Of a stretch of DNA of 64,000 bases, positions 28,176-41,340 are shown in pieces. Made by a program: the position numbers and the translations under genes. Position 1 is the first letter of the stretch; every line of letters starts with the position of its first letter. The stretch is taken from positions 94,428,001 to 94,492,000 of the forward strand of contig NC_087436.1 in assembly GCF_036321535.1 (NCBI RefSeq), read 5' to 3'. The notes beneath the pieces are model-generated. The model searched no databases and was not told where the DNA came from. It saw nothing but the letters and a program-made list of their open reading frames with translations. The DNA is from Camelus dromedarius (lineage: Eukaryota).

Positions 28176-28396
28176 GCTGTCAGGGCATAACAGTTTGACA
28201 AGTTTTGACATACATCCTTAAAACCATCATCACATTGAAGAAAATGAACATATCTATCACCCCCTTATGTTTCCCTCAGTCCCTTTTAATACACCCTGCT
28301 CCCCATGTGTGTCTGGCTTTTTTGGCTCTGAACACAATGGTATTACACTATATTCCCAATGGAATACTTCTCAGTAGTTAAAAGGCATGAATTACT

Positions 28397-29507
28397 TCAA
28401 AACTATAATGAGGTATCACCTCACACCAGCCAGAATGGCCATCATACAAAAGTCCACAAATGACAAATACTGGAGAAACTGTGGAGAAAAGGGAACCTTC
28501 CTACACTGCTGGTGGGAATGCATTTTGGTGCAGTCACTGTGGAAAACAGTATGGAGATTCCTCAAAAGACTAGGCATAGACTTACCATATGACCCAGTCA
28601 TCCTGCTCCTGGGCGTATATCCAGAAGGAACCCTACTTCAAAAAGACACCTGCACCCCAATGTTCATAGCAGCACTATTTACAATAGCTAGGAGATGGAA
28701 ACAGCCTAAATGTCCATCGACAGATGACTGGATAAAGAAGATGTGGTGTATTTATACAATGGAATACTATTCAGCCATAAAAATGACAACATAACACCAT
28801 TTGCAGCAACATGGATGTTCCTGGAGAATGTTATTCTAAGTGAAGTAAGCCAGAAAGAGAAAAAAAAAAAAAATACCATATGAGATCACTTATATGTGGA
28901 ATAAAAAAAAAAAAAAAAAAGAACATAAATGCAAAGCAGAAACAGACTCGTAGACATAGAATACAAACTTGTGGTTGCCAAGGGGGCAGGGGGCAGGAAG
29001 GGACAGACTGGGAGTTCGAAATTTGTAGATACCAACAGGCATATGTAGAATAGATAAACAAAATTATACTGTATAGCACAGGGACATATATACAAGATCT
29101 TGTGGTAGCTCACAGTGGAAAAGAATGCGACAGTGAATATATGTATGTTCATGTATAACTGAAAAATTGTGCTCAACACTGGAAATTGACACAACATTGT
29201 AAACTGACTGTAACTCAATAAAAAAATCTTTAAAAACTTGTAAACAACAAACTAACTACTATGCTGTAAAAAAAAAAATTAAATTAAATTAAATTAAATT
29301 AAAATATACCAGGGCACAAATCTGTGGCACTTATAGGTGACCTGTCTTGTGGGATCACTGGTGAATATCACCTTCCCCAAATTCTAGTGCTAATGATTTC
29401 TGTGACCCAACTCCAAACACTCACTATGGTAGACGACTTAGTTTTTGTGAAAAGGCAGGGCAAAAAAGAAAGAAAACACTTTCCATCTATTTAAAAAAAA
29501 AAAAAAA
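28397..29507 (+). mobile_element. Young L1 (ORF2 C-terminus plus 3' UTR) carrying extra 3' sequence, nested in an older L1M
   Basis: Open ORF2 end (track ORF 28387-28794, HCWWEC motif). Flanking duplication atgaattact at 28387-28396 and 29515-29524. The host L1M resumes to about 29855. Confidence 0.9.
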
Positions 29508-29869
29508 TGAATGGATGAATTACTAATGAATTACTAATATATGCAAAGTGCATGTATCTCAGATGCCTTATGCTTAGTGAATGTGGCTAGATCCAAAGAG
29601 CAATGTACTATGTAATTCCACTTATGTGACATTCTGGAAAAAGCAAAACTATAAAAATAGCACAGATCTGGAGTTGCCAGGGGGTAAGGAAGAAGTTGAA
29701 AATTGACTTCAAAGAGACACAAGGCAACTTTTTAGTGTTACAGAAATAGTCTGTGTCTTGATTGTGGGGATTTTTATGCAACTGTGTATTTGTCAAAATT
29801 CATAGAATAGGACACTAAGAAGTGAGTTTTAGGTAATTTATACTTCAGTAATCCTGTTCTTCAGAAAAA

Positions 29870-32400
29870 AATAAAAGGATTAGAAGAAGATATACCATGC
29901 TAATGCAAATCACAAATTCTAGTGGCAGTACTTCAAAGTGGACTTTAGAACAAGATATTTCATAAAGATAAAGAGATCACTGCGTTAAGAAAATATAGCA
30001 ATATGTACCTAATAACAGCTTCCACATAGCTGAGAAATTTAAAAAATGCACAATTGTACATAGCTGAGAAGTTTTTAAAATGCACAATTATACATAGAAC
30101 TTTCAACACTTCTCTGTCAGTGATTGATTGAACAAGTAGGCAGAAATCAGTAGGATCATAGAAGAGTTAATGTACCAGTGCACTTGACCTAATTGACATT
30201 CTATTAAACAGTAGCAGAAATACATATTCTTTTTAAGTGTACATGAATCATTCACCAAGATAGATAGACCATATGGTGGGCCACTAAACAAATCTCAATA
30301 CATACAGAGGTAGTATGATCACAGGGAGTTAAATGAGAAATTAATAAAAGGTGTCTAGAAAATACCCCATATAGAAATTAAACAGTATATTTTAAGTCAC
30401 ACATGAATAAAGGAAGAAATTACAAGGAAAATTAGAAAATATTTTGAACTTAGTGAATATATCAAAATTCACAGCAGTGCTTATTGAGAAATTTATTTTG
30501 ATAAGCTTTCAGATGTTTACGTTAGAATTGTCTAGAATCATTGATAAGCTCCTACCCTCAGAACCTAGAAGAAGAACAGATTAAACCTAAAAGAAAGTCA
30601 AAAGCAGGACATATTACAGATAATAGAAATCAATCATATAGGAAATGCATGAACAATAGAGAAACTGGTTATGCCAAAAGTTGGTTCTTTGAAAAGAATA
30701 AAATTGGCAAAACCCTTGTTAGATCAAGTTTCTTATCACTGGCTCTGTTGACTACTTCAGCCTGGCAATTGGTGTAGGGAGCTGTCCTATATATTGTATG
30801 ATGTTTAGCTACATCCCTGGTCTCTACTGCCTAGATGCTCATAGAACCCCTTCTCCCAGTTGTGACAACTAAGAATGTCTCTAGACATCATCAGGTATCC
30901 CCTAGTGGTGGGTGGCAAATTCATTCCTCTTTGAGACCACTGCGATAGAACAATCAAGAAAAAGAATACATAAATTAGCAACATCAGTTAAAAAAAGAGA
31001 AGAGACATTAGTACAGATTTTATAGACATTAAAAGGATAATAAAAGCATATTATAAGCAAGCTTATGCCAGTAAATTCAATATCCTAAATGAAATAGATA
31101 CATTCCTGGAAAAATGCAAATTACCAAACTGACCTAGGATAAAATAGAAAGTCTGATAGCCTTATAATGATTTTAAAAGCTGGATTTGCAGCTAAAAACT
31201 TTCCCACAAATAAAGACCCAAGTGACTTCATTGATGAATTCTATTAAACACTTAAGGAAAAGGTTGTATTAGTCCTACACAAACTGAGAAAATAGGAAGA
31301 GTGAACACTTCCAGCTCACTTTATAGTATTATCTTGATACCAAAACAAAACACACATTGTAAGCAATCCACAGACCAAGAGACTTACTGAACAACAAAGT
31401 ATTAGCACAGCAGATCCAGCCAGCCAAACAAAAACAAGCCAAAAATAGAAGAGAGAAGGGAGAACTATACATAAAACACAGTGACCCCCAGTGACTACCA
31501 TGTCAGGTTTGTTCCAGGAGTGCATATTTGGTTTAGTATTTGAAAATTAATCAATTTATGTCAACATCTTAACACCAGCATAAATTGAGAAAACCAGATT
31601 ATTTCAGTAGAAAACTAACAGCACATTAGGGATAGGAGATAAAACTTTCTCAACCTGATAAAAAGGCATCTACAGAAAACCCCATTTAACATAATACTTA
31701 CTGGTGAAAGACCAAATGCTTCCTAAGATCTCAAAAGGGACAGAACTGTCTGCTCTCACTTTTGTGATAGCTTTGCTAGTACAGTAAGGAAGAGAAATTG
31801 TCACACATTAGAAAAAACAAATAAAACTGTCCTTATTTGCAAATGATACTGTGCTTATAGAAAATTTTGAGAAATGCATAAACCAGCTACAGGAACTAAT
31901 AAAGCTGTGTAGCAATGTAACAGGCTCAGTATGTAAAAATTCTGCATCTGTGTATTAGGAACCAAAAAGAAGTGGAAAAAGGATTTTTTTTTTTAATTCA
32001 CAGTAGCATCCAAATAGGTAAAATGGAGTAAAAAAAATATACAAGACCAGTACATTGAAAACTACAAAACAATGCTGGAAAATTTTCCCCATTTTTTTCA
32101 CCACTCAACAAACTTTTATTAAGTGTATGCCAAACCCAACTCTTTGTGCTGAAAATACAAAAATAAACAAGGTGCAGCTGTGGCCGTAGCAGAGACGATA
32201 AATAAGAAAGCAGAGTGTAGCAAGATAAGCATTGTGGTAGAAGTGTGCATACCACGTGTGGGAACATAGAGAGCATCCTTCCAGAAAGATGCAATGCTTG
32301 TCCTAGTATTCAGTCAGTCTAGAAGAGAAAAACCTAAATCAGTGGAGACATATACCATATTCATGGATCAGAGAATTCAGTATTATTAAGATACCAGTTC
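29870..32400 (+). mobile_element. Old degraded L1M ORF2 (EN/RT region), interrupted by MER20 and probable L2 pieces
   Basis: Peptide remnants such as AKSWFFEKNKIGKTLVR; A-rich sense strand. Confidence 0.7.
30725..30942 (+). mobile_element. MER20 hAT MITE
   Basis: ccagttgtgacaactaagaatgtctctagacat core; ends ...gagaccactg; about 218 bp. Confidence 0.85.
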
Positions 32401-32633
32401 TCTTACCAATGTTCTACTTTACATTTCCTTGACCACCAAAGAGATTTCGTCCCCCACTATATTGACTATTCGAGTTTCTTTCAAAAAGTGCTTAGTCTAG
32501 CAAGTCATGTATCACTTTTACAATAGAGTTTTTCTTATTGAATTCTAGGAGTTCTTTATATATACTAGATAGATTCTTTATTGGTTATGCCTGTACCAAA
32601 TATTCATTGGCTCTCATTCACTGGCATGGCTTT

Positions 32634-32769
32634 TTTTTTTTTTTAACTTTTTTTTTATTGAGTTATAGTCATTTTACACTGTTGTGTCAAATTCCAGTGT
32701 GGAGCACAATTTTTCAGCTGTACATGAACATACATACATTCATTGTCACATTCTATTTCACTGTGAGCC
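32634..32769 (-). mobile_element. Very short young L1 3' end
   Basis: Exact 16-bp TSD tcactggcatggcttt at 32618-32633 and 32770-32785, followed by an aaaaa endonuclease site. Confidence 0.9.
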
Positions 32770-34911
32770 TCACTGGCATGGCTTTAAAAAATTTTAGTGT
32801 ATCTTTTGATGAACGCACATTAATTTTAATTTTCCAGAAAGGATCAATCTATAGTTAGTGCTTTTGTGTCTTGATTTAAGAAATTCTTCCTACTCCACAT
32901 CATAAAGATATTCTCTTTATTTTTTAAAAGTTTCTTAGATGTCCCTTTCAAATTTTGACTTTTATTCCACTGGGAATTAATTTTTTTGCAGGTTCTAAAG
33001 TCTGTCTTTATCATTACTTTTTAGTGTGGAAAACTTTAATTAAATGATATTTTCTGTAGTATGTTTGAGGAATGTATACTGTAAAATCTTCATTAACATT
33101 TTGAAGGCCTTCTAGATTTTAATGATGTTCAGTTTATTGGACATTTTCTTCATAATTTTTTTACCTAGTTAAAACTTGTATTTCTATTTAAGTACAAAAG
33201 AAGTGGGGAAACAGCTTTTCAGAATAATTCCTCTACCTGAAATGATGGCTATGCTGACATTTTTCCTTTGAAATGTGTCTAAGAATTTGCAAATTGTTGA
33301 TTTGAGGACCACACAGATATGTTTTGCTTGTCCCTCACAATAGTATGAACTTTTTGGAGTTGCTGAAATTCTCAAATCAGATAGTTTCACTTAAAATTTT
33401 ATTGTGTCCTGATCAACAGTGATGTTGCAGTACTAAATCTGCATTGTCATCTGGCAACAATTAGTTGAAGCCAGCTCTCTCTTTGGATGAGGCATGACTA
33501 CTCTTCATTTCTCCCCGATCATTATTTCCCTGTCCCTCCCTTCGAGTTGTGTCCTCTGCTATAGACCCATGTTTCAGAATATATTTACTTAAATATTCTA
33601 AATAAATTTCTACCCAACAGAAGTTATGTACTCGTTGATTATCTAGAACTGATGAAATTTTTTGCCAGAATGGTAGGGACATATGGGTCAATTTTTAAAA
33701 ATATATATAATGTATATTATCAAAGTAGATTTTTATTAATTTTAATGTTCTTTCCAAAAAAAAAAGTTTGCATGGTTACTTTGTGTTTGTCCTGTTCTAA
33801 TCATTGAGGATACAGCTGTTAACAAAACAGATAAAAATTCTTTTTCTGACAAAAGTAAGGTGAAAGAAACATCTTCTAAAACTGGGGAACAATTTTTCTC
33901 AGCTACATGTTAATTAATGTTTCAATCAAGTGGAATAAACATAAAATATATTAAAAGAAATAAAGCTCTGGGTGAAGTAATACTAGTGTAGTAAAAAGTA
34001 ATAATTTAAAAAGAACATCTGGTCCTTAGGAATTGTATAGGATTCAGAAAGGAATTCAGAAACTTTCAGAAAGGAATGCATCACACACATTGTCATAAAA
34101 TATAGACTAGTGTAGTACGAGTGGCTTAACCTGGGAAAAACAACACAGATGTGGATGACTGTAAATCACTGTCTCTTATGCACTTCTGTTAAAAGTTTTT
34201 AAAGTAGAATTAGAATACTTTATAAATACGATTTTATTTCCGTACCATTAACATCTATATATCAAGCTAATGATGCAGATAAATGTGTTCCATTAAAAAT
34301 CAGCAAAAGAAAAATACATCCTCCCCTCCCCCAATTAGTTTTGAACTTCATTTGATAAAACTTTTTTTGAAAAGACAAGTCCTGTTTGGTGAGCTTTCAT
34401 TTCAATTATTAATATATGTATGTTTGCCCCATATTATGTGGTTAATATATTCTTTTTTAATTTTGACTTTTTATTTTGATATATAATTTCAGATTGAGAA
34501 AAGTTGCAAGAATAATACAGAGAACTCCTGTATTCTCCAGATGTCGGCAGTTTCCACTTTTACTGCTCCTTCCTCTCTCCCCACCTCCAGGCTATATATG
34601 GGTACAAAGCCATTTATAACAAAAACACCAAATTTTGTTTTTTAAGATGTCATTCCTGATGTTTGTATTTATGCCCATAAGGGATAGTGATTTACAGTCA
34701 TACTGTATAAAAGAAGCATTATTGATGATAGTGCAAAATATCAGATGAGTTTGGTTGTGCACATGAAGCCAAGAACTTTTTTCCTTGGACTAGATATAAA
34801 ATTAATAATGAGATTAAGTTTTTCATAAATCTGGAACAGTGCAGACAATATATTTATGAGTAATCCAGAAATTGATACTTGTCCATGCTTGTAGTCTTTA
34901 CTCAAATTCTT

Positions 34912-35068
34912 TTGTTTTGTTTTGTTTTGTTTTGTTTTGTTTTGTTTTGTTTTGTGGAGGAGGTAATTAGGTTTATTTATTTATTTTTTTAATGGAGGCA
35001 CTGGCGATCGAACCTAGTATCTCCTACATGCTAAGCACACACTCTACCACTGAGCTATAGCCTCCCCG
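34912..35068 (-). mobile_element. vic-1-type SINE with (AAAAC)n tail
   Basis: Minus-strand GGGGAGGCTATAGCTCAGTGGTAGAG head; exact 16-bp TSD ctttactcaaattctt at 34896-34911 and 35069-35084. Confidence 0.9.
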
Positions 35069-35084
35069 CTTTACTCAAATTCTT

Positions 35085-35219
35085 TTTCTGGGAGGAGAGG
35101 TAATTAAGTGTTTTCTTTTGTTTTGTTTTAATTTTTAGAGGAGGTACTGGGGATTGAACCCAGGACTTCCTGTATGCTAAACATGCACTTACCGCTTGAG
35201 CTATATATACCCTCCCTCA
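35085..35219 (-). mobile_element. vic-1-type SINE, tandem with the previous one
   Basis: A-box and B-box (GGTTCAATCCCC) on the minus strand; right TSD ctttagtcagattctt at 35220-35235. Confidence 0.9.
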
Positions 35220-35411
35220 CTTTAGTCAGATTCTTAAATGAAGATTTATGAAAATTAATTGTGAATCCTCTGATAGTAACTGATTGCTAGTTTGTGTTGT
35301 AATGGAGATGAGATATATATATAATATACATGAAATTATATATATATATATCTCCTTCTGGTTTCTAAATATCAGGAGTTGATTATATTTTCCTTTTACA
35401 CATTTTTGCAG

Positions 35412-35615
35412 ATGGTAGTAAAAACTTTTATGGATATGGATCAGGACTCAGAAGATGAAAAACAGCAGTATCTCCCACTAGCCTTGCATCTAGCATCTGA
35501 ATTTTTTCTCAGGAATCCCAATAAAGATGTGCGTCTCCTTGTAGCATGTTGTTTGGCTGACATCTTTAGAATCTATGCCCCAGAAGCTCCATATACTTCC
35601 CACGATAAACTTAAG
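35412..35615 (+). CDS. PDS5A: PDS5A coding exon (approx. human exon 3), 204 nt, [21 protein letters not shown]...PYTSHDKLK
   Basis: tttttgcag acceptor and AAG|gtaaat donor. Translation matches the recalled PDS5A N-terminal HEAT region; phase 0-0. Confidence 0.97.
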
Positions 35616-36510
35616 GTAAATACAATCTTTATAGAATTGATTTACTTTTATAGTTTAGCTTACTACACTTAGGAACACAGGTTTCACATCAATCATCTTA
35701 TCATAAGAAGATAATAAGTTCTAAAACAAATTATTTATTCTAACCTTCAGGATAACCTGTCTCACAGCCCAAATGGCTGAATTGATGGGCATTGTGCATG
35801 AATGGCACTTTTTAAAACAACAGTATAACAATTTTCATAATCCAATGACTGTTTTCTTCTCCAAGTTATTCTACACGTAAAACTATATGCTCATCTTGGT
35901 GGTTCTGCCTTTGTTTGAAATGTTTTAGGAATTTCTCTTTTGAATTGATCTCTTGAGCTGATTTTATATTTTGAATACTTTTATTCTTGGCAAATTTTAA
36001 TCCTTTGGACTGCTTTCTTTTAAATAGTCCTAAAATCACTTTATTCCATATTGATATTATTTTGGGTTAAAACTTCTAAAAAAATTTATTTAGAAATGGA
36101 GCACTATTGTGAAAAGCACACTTAGACCACTTTATCATATTGCTTTTGTTCCACACAACTTTGTAGTCACGTATCAAACTCAAAACTAGGTGCTGAAAAT
36201 TATTTATGTGTAGGAAATGGTAATGAAAAGAATCATATCCAGGTCCTTAAACTGAAGATAATTGCCATGACACAAGATGAAGATAGTGATTTAAACTGAA
36301 AGTTCTGTACTAGAAAGGGTAACAAGATGTAGAATGTATGGTTCTCTCAGAATGAGAAAGCCTAAAGATTTGTGGCAGTAATAATCTTTATTTTTGTTTC
36401 TAAGGAATGTAATTTTATGTGATTTGCTCTTTTCTAGATATTTTGAATAATGGACTAGGCTAGTCCCAAGTCATTTAGCTAATGGAGAATTTTCTTTTAT
36501 TGGAGTTTGT

Positions 36511-36555
36511 TATACATATATATTGTATATATATACATATATATGTATATATATA

Positions 36556-36617
<62 letters not shown>
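36511..36617. repeat. Compound (TA)/(TG)/(TA) microsatellite
   Basis: Directly visible; ends about 75 nt upstream of the 36694 acceptor. Confidence 0.95.
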
Positions 36618-36620
<3 letters not shown>

Positions 36621-36693
36621 TCTGTTAGTGTACTGTGAAAATAATAAGTATTTGTGTCTAAATTAATATATTTTGTCTTTTTTTTTTAAACAG

Positions 36694-36780
36694 GACATAT
36701 TTTTGTTTATCACCAGACAATTAAAAGGTTTGGAGGATACAAAGAGCCCACAGTTTAATAGATACTTTTATTTATTAGAG
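36694..36780 (+). CDS. PDS5A: PDS5A coding exon (approx. exon 4), 87 nt, [29 protein letters not shown]
   Basis: Poly-T tract plus aaacag acceptor; GAG|gtaaaa donor; in frame with the previous exon. Confidence 0.97.
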
Positions 36781-37318
36781 GTAAAAACATTTAATTTAAT
36801 AAATATCACACTATTTTATGTAGTAGAAAATTCTTTATAGTAACTTTATAATGTAAAATGAATCTTATTTGTTTGTTTGCTTTATAAGAAGCCCACTAGA
36901 GAAAATAATCATTTACAATCTTTTTGTCGTTGTTCCTCCTGTCCTAAAAAGAGAAAGCATAGTCCACTGGAAAAACTGTTACAGTATTTGAAACTTTGTT
37001 CTCATCTTTCTGTTTTTATTCTTTTCTAATCCCCAGAGAGATTAAGTTGAATTAAATTTCACTGCTCCATATGTTTTGTATGTATGTGTCTTACCAACCT
37101 TTAACAATTCGGTGTTTTTCAATTAGAGAAGGTTAATGCCAACAGATGCATCTCTTTTTGAAGGTCAGAGTACACGACTATTTAAACAATTGTAATTTTA
37201 TATGTTGAGCCTTTTTAAGCTTTGATATAGATTTATAATTCTAAAAATTAAAATTTTTAATGAGTTTGCTTTGTATAACTTTCGTGTATATGTAATAATT
37301 TCTATTTATTTATTTAAG

Positions 37319-37416
37319 AATTTAGCTTGGGTTAAGTCATATAACATCTGCTTTGAATTGGAAGATTGCAATGAAATTTTTATTCAGCTTTTTAGGACTC
37401 TCTTCTCAGTGATCAA
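37319..37416 (+). CDS. PDS5A: PDS5A coding exon (approx. exon 5), 98 nt, [32 protein letters not shown](N)
   Basis: tttaag acceptor; AA|gtaagt donor (phase 2); frame continuous. Confidence 0.96.
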
Positions 37417-38620
37417 GTAAGTTATTTTTAAAGCATTTTTGTTTGTTTCTTTTTCTTGCTGTGCATATTGAAGTATCATGTACTATGCATGTACACTAAG
37501 ATCTTTTAGAGTTAAAAGAAAATGTTTTCCTCAGAAGAAACATGAAGAGAAAAATAAAAGTTTTGTTGCTGAAAACTGCTTTTGTCCTTATACTACCATT
37601 TTCAATTGTGAAATCAATTATATTGGCTGACTCTTGTAAAACAAATGGTATGAGACCTTATATAATGAAGTACTAAATTATGAGGTGGAAATAATAAGTG
37701 CCATTAGTGAGTGCTGGGATGCATAATAGCTCAGTGGTTAATCACACTAATTTTGATACCTTCTCATTTTAGAGCTTAAAAAAATAAATAAATAAGCATT
37801 GCTCTTTACTTATAGAAATAGGGAAACTCACGCACAGAGAAGGAGTGTGGTGGCTTGCCCAAGGACAAATTGCTGAACAGGAGAGCCCTGAATAGTCACA
37901 CTTTTCTGCAGGATGTATCCAACATAGGGGCCAAAACTTTGTCCACCTTTCACACTGCAGTTATACTTCTTTACTCTATTACTTAAACATACACACATCT
38001 TTCTTTGATCATATTAATATTTTTATTTCCTGAATCTAAGAAATGTAAGTGTATTGTTGACCTGATTACCTTTATTGTTGACCTAATTGCTTAAACTAAT
38101 TCACAATGAGGTATCAGTAAATAAAGAGCTTGCCTTTTGAAAGAGGAGTTTATTGATTTGTATTTACTAACACATTTACCATATATCTGGTGTTCTTCAT
38201 TCCTTTGCATATACGCAGATTTTTATTTGGTGTTATTTTGCTTTAATCTGAAGGTCTTTCTCTAACATTTCCTGTAGTTCAGGTCTATTGCTGATAGAAT
38301 TCTTTCAGTTTTTGCATGTCTGAAAAAAATCTTTATCTCATCTTCATTTTTGAAAGTTATTTTCATGGTATGAATTCTAGGCTAATAGGCTCTTTTCTTT
38401 CTTTTTTTCTCTGTCAGTACTTTTTAAAGATGTTCCTCCATCTTTTTCTGGCTTGTGTTGTTTCTAGTGATAAGTTTTTGTCATTTTTAGTCTTTCTTCC
38501 TCTCTATATAATGTATCTTAATTGAATATCCTTTTACATTTGGGATAGTTGTTTTAAACTAGGAAGTTTTTCTTTGGTAAGCCTTAATTTTTTTTTCTTC
38601 TTGTTGTCTTTTTTTTTAAG

Positions 38621-38747
38621 CAATAGCCACAATAAGAAGGTACAAATGCACATGCTAGACTTGATGAGTTCTATCATCATGGAAGGTGATGGAGTTACTC
38701 AAGAATTACTGGACTCCATTCTTATTAACCTCATTCCTGCACATAAG
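38621..38747 (+). CDS. PDS5A: PDS5A coding exon (approx. exon 6), 127 nt, [42 protein letters not shown]
   Basis: Long pyrimidine tract plus taag acceptor; AAG|gtatgt donor; lies within track ORF 38574-38765. Confidence 0.97.
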
Positions 38748-39660
38748 GTATGTATAATATGGTGATATTAAAGGTTAATATTTTATAGTAGTGCTACACA
38801 TATGAAAAATAATTGTTTTTTTACTATTTGCAATCCCAGGTAATTGGTATTCCCACTATTATTCTTCAGCAGGTAGAGTAACACACATCAGTCTTATAGC
38901 TACTGTTGTTTTTAGAAGATATGTTGATTAACATATTGCGGAAAAATTTTCATTCAGTTACGCGTTGCCTGTTTTTTGGAAAACTAAAAATGTTTCAAAT
39001 TGACCACTCCTATCTAATCTAGGAATTACAAGGGGTTGGGGTACTGTCTTGGTTAGGGTTTTGTTTTTGTTTTTGTTTTTTTGAAAAGGAAATGTGTTTC
39101 CTCCTTTGTAATGTGGATGGGAAGGGTAGGAATTTGTATTTCTTCTCAGAACCCTTGTTCTGCATTTTTCTTAGACATTTTCAGAAAAAGATTTGGGCAA
39201 AACTAAATGGTTAGTATTAAGGGGGAAAGGGAGATTCAGAGCTGTATATTCCTCTCCATTTCCTTTTTCTGTTTCTCTCTGCTAGCTTCTCCTAAGAACT
39301 GAAGGACTTAGCTCCCCACCCCTGGGGTGGACTTAGGCCTATCTGACTGTTGATCTTTATCCTCCTGCTCCTTTCCTCTTAATTGTTCAGTGACCTATTG
39401 ATGTTCGATGGACATGTATCTAATTATACTTATTCATGATAAGATTTAATCACTTATGAATTCTTCTGACTCTCTGTTTATTGTTAACATTAATTCAAGT
39501 GAGTCTATAATTGGTCAAAATGTTGAGAGTATGGCAAAGGGGGAGTATATGTCAGGCAATATAAGAGAGAAAAACTTTATGAGGAATTAATAGTGTATTT
39601 GGTGTTTGTATTCTAGTTAGTAGGAAATACTCTTTTTTAGGAAGTAGAAAGGTTGCCTTA

Positions 39661-40268
39661 ATTTTTTTCTTCCAGTATTGATATATAATTAACAAATAGC
39701 ACTGTATAAATTTAAGGTATACAGCATAATGATTTGGTTTACATATATTATGAAATGATTTATCACATAAGTTTAGTGAACAGTCTTCATCTCATAGGTA
39801 CAAAATTAAAGAAATGGAAAAAATTTTTTTCTTGTGATGAGATAAATCTTAGGATTTACTCAACAAATTTCATGTATAACACACAGCAGTGTTAATTATA
39901 TTTATCATGTTGTACATTTCATCCCTAGTACTTACTTATGATTAGAAGTACCTTTTGACTGTCTTCATTCAATGCCCTCATCCCCCTCCACCTCTGATCT
40001 CTGATAACTACAAATCTGATCTCTTTTTTTGTATTTGTTTTTGAATTATAATTGACCTACATAACATTAAATTAGTTCCTTTTACACAATATTTATATAC
40101 ATTTCAAAATGATCGCCCAAGTCACTTTACTTACAGTATGTCAGCATACATAGATATTACATAGTTACTGACTATATTCTCCATTCTGTGCATTTCATAT
40201 CTGTGACTCATTTATTTTATAAGTGGAAGTTTGTATCTCTTAATCTCCCTCACTTATTTCTTTCCTCC
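39661..40268 (-). mobile_element. L1 3' end
   Basis: ttccagtattgatatataattaacaaatagcactgtataaatttaaggtatacagc terminus; TSD aaggttgcctta/aaggttacctta. Confidence 0.85.
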
Positions 40269-40326
40269 AAGGTTACCTTAGTTTTGAGCTAATTTTATCC
40301 TCTTACCAATGAAATAAAAACTTGGG

Positions 40327-40534
40327 GCAAGTGTCAGAAAGATATGGCTTGTAGACCAAGTCTAGCCCACTGTCTGTTTTTGTAAAGTCTTATTTGAACA
40401 CAGCCATTTTCATTTTGTCTATGGCTGCTTTCCCACTACAGTAGCAGTTATGGAGTTGCAGCAGTGACCATATGGCTAATAGAGCCTAAAATATTTACTG
40501 TCTGGCTGTTTGCATAAAAAATTTGCTGACTACT
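40327..40534 (+). mobile_element. MER58A-like MITE
   Basis: gaacacagccat...gtctatggctgctttc...gcctaaaatatttactgtctgg core. Confidence 0.75.
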
Positions 40535-41259
40535 AACCTAGAGTATACAATATTCTTGACTTTTTGGGGAATAAGTGCAGAGGTATTAATAGGTACTGTT
40601 CAAAACAAGAATTACATTTTCAGTAAGTTTTTTTTAATTAAATATATATCTTTTCTACAACCTTCCTTAATCCTTTTAATTTTTTACCATGATTGGGGAT
40701 CTTGAGAAACAAACATAGTATTCATAAATATAAATATAACTGATTGAGAATTTTTGAGTTTCAAAAATATAATTGAGAATTCTCCTTGAAACACTTTACA
40801 TGTCTATTCTTCCTCAGAACGCACGTTGATTAGACAGTGAAATATGAGGATAGTAGATTAGAAAGGGGTGTGTTTGTGTATTTGTTTAGGATACATGGGT
40901 GTAATTGCCAGTTCAAGTTGGTTAAACAGAACCAAAAAGTTTTAGGGCCATTTTGAGTTTAGTATAATTAAACTTAATATAGGGTTGGGCTTTTGGCTAA
41001 TTATCTGATGTATTTTAGTTTTTGATTTATGGTTGTGTGGTTTGCAACTTCTGCATTTAGGACCAGTTGACTAGAGGATATTGGGTGAAAAATGAGGTTC
41101 AGGGTGTTTTTTTCGTTTTGGTGGGGCTTTTTTGGTTTTTTTGTGGGGTTTTTTGCTTCATATTCTGTGGATTTGAAGAATTTGGTATTCTATTCTAATG
41201 ATGCTGTCTCATAAATTCACTAATTCATTTGTAACTGTGCATGTTTTTTATTGTTTCAG

Positions 41260-41340
41260 AACTTAAATAAACAGTCCTTCGACCTCGCCAAAGTCCTATT
41301 GAAAAGGACAGTTCAGACTATTGAGGCATGCATTGCCAAT
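41260..41340 (+). CDS. PDS5A: PDS5A coding exon (approx. exon 7), 81 nt, [27 protein letters not shown]
   Basis: tttcag acceptor; AAT|gtatgt donor; phase 0-0. Confidence 0.96.

Noticed and set aside
1..35411. Short track ORFs (60-135 aa) as independent genes
   Set aside because: They lie in L1, Tigger or LTR relics or have low-complexity F/L/I-rich translations typical of chance ORFs in AT-rich DNA, and they lack supporting exon structure.
35412..35414. ATG at the start of the first exon in the window as the gene's start codon
   Set aside because: It directly follows a strong acceptor, and PDS5A is recalled to have about 46 upstream residues on an earlier exon outside the window.
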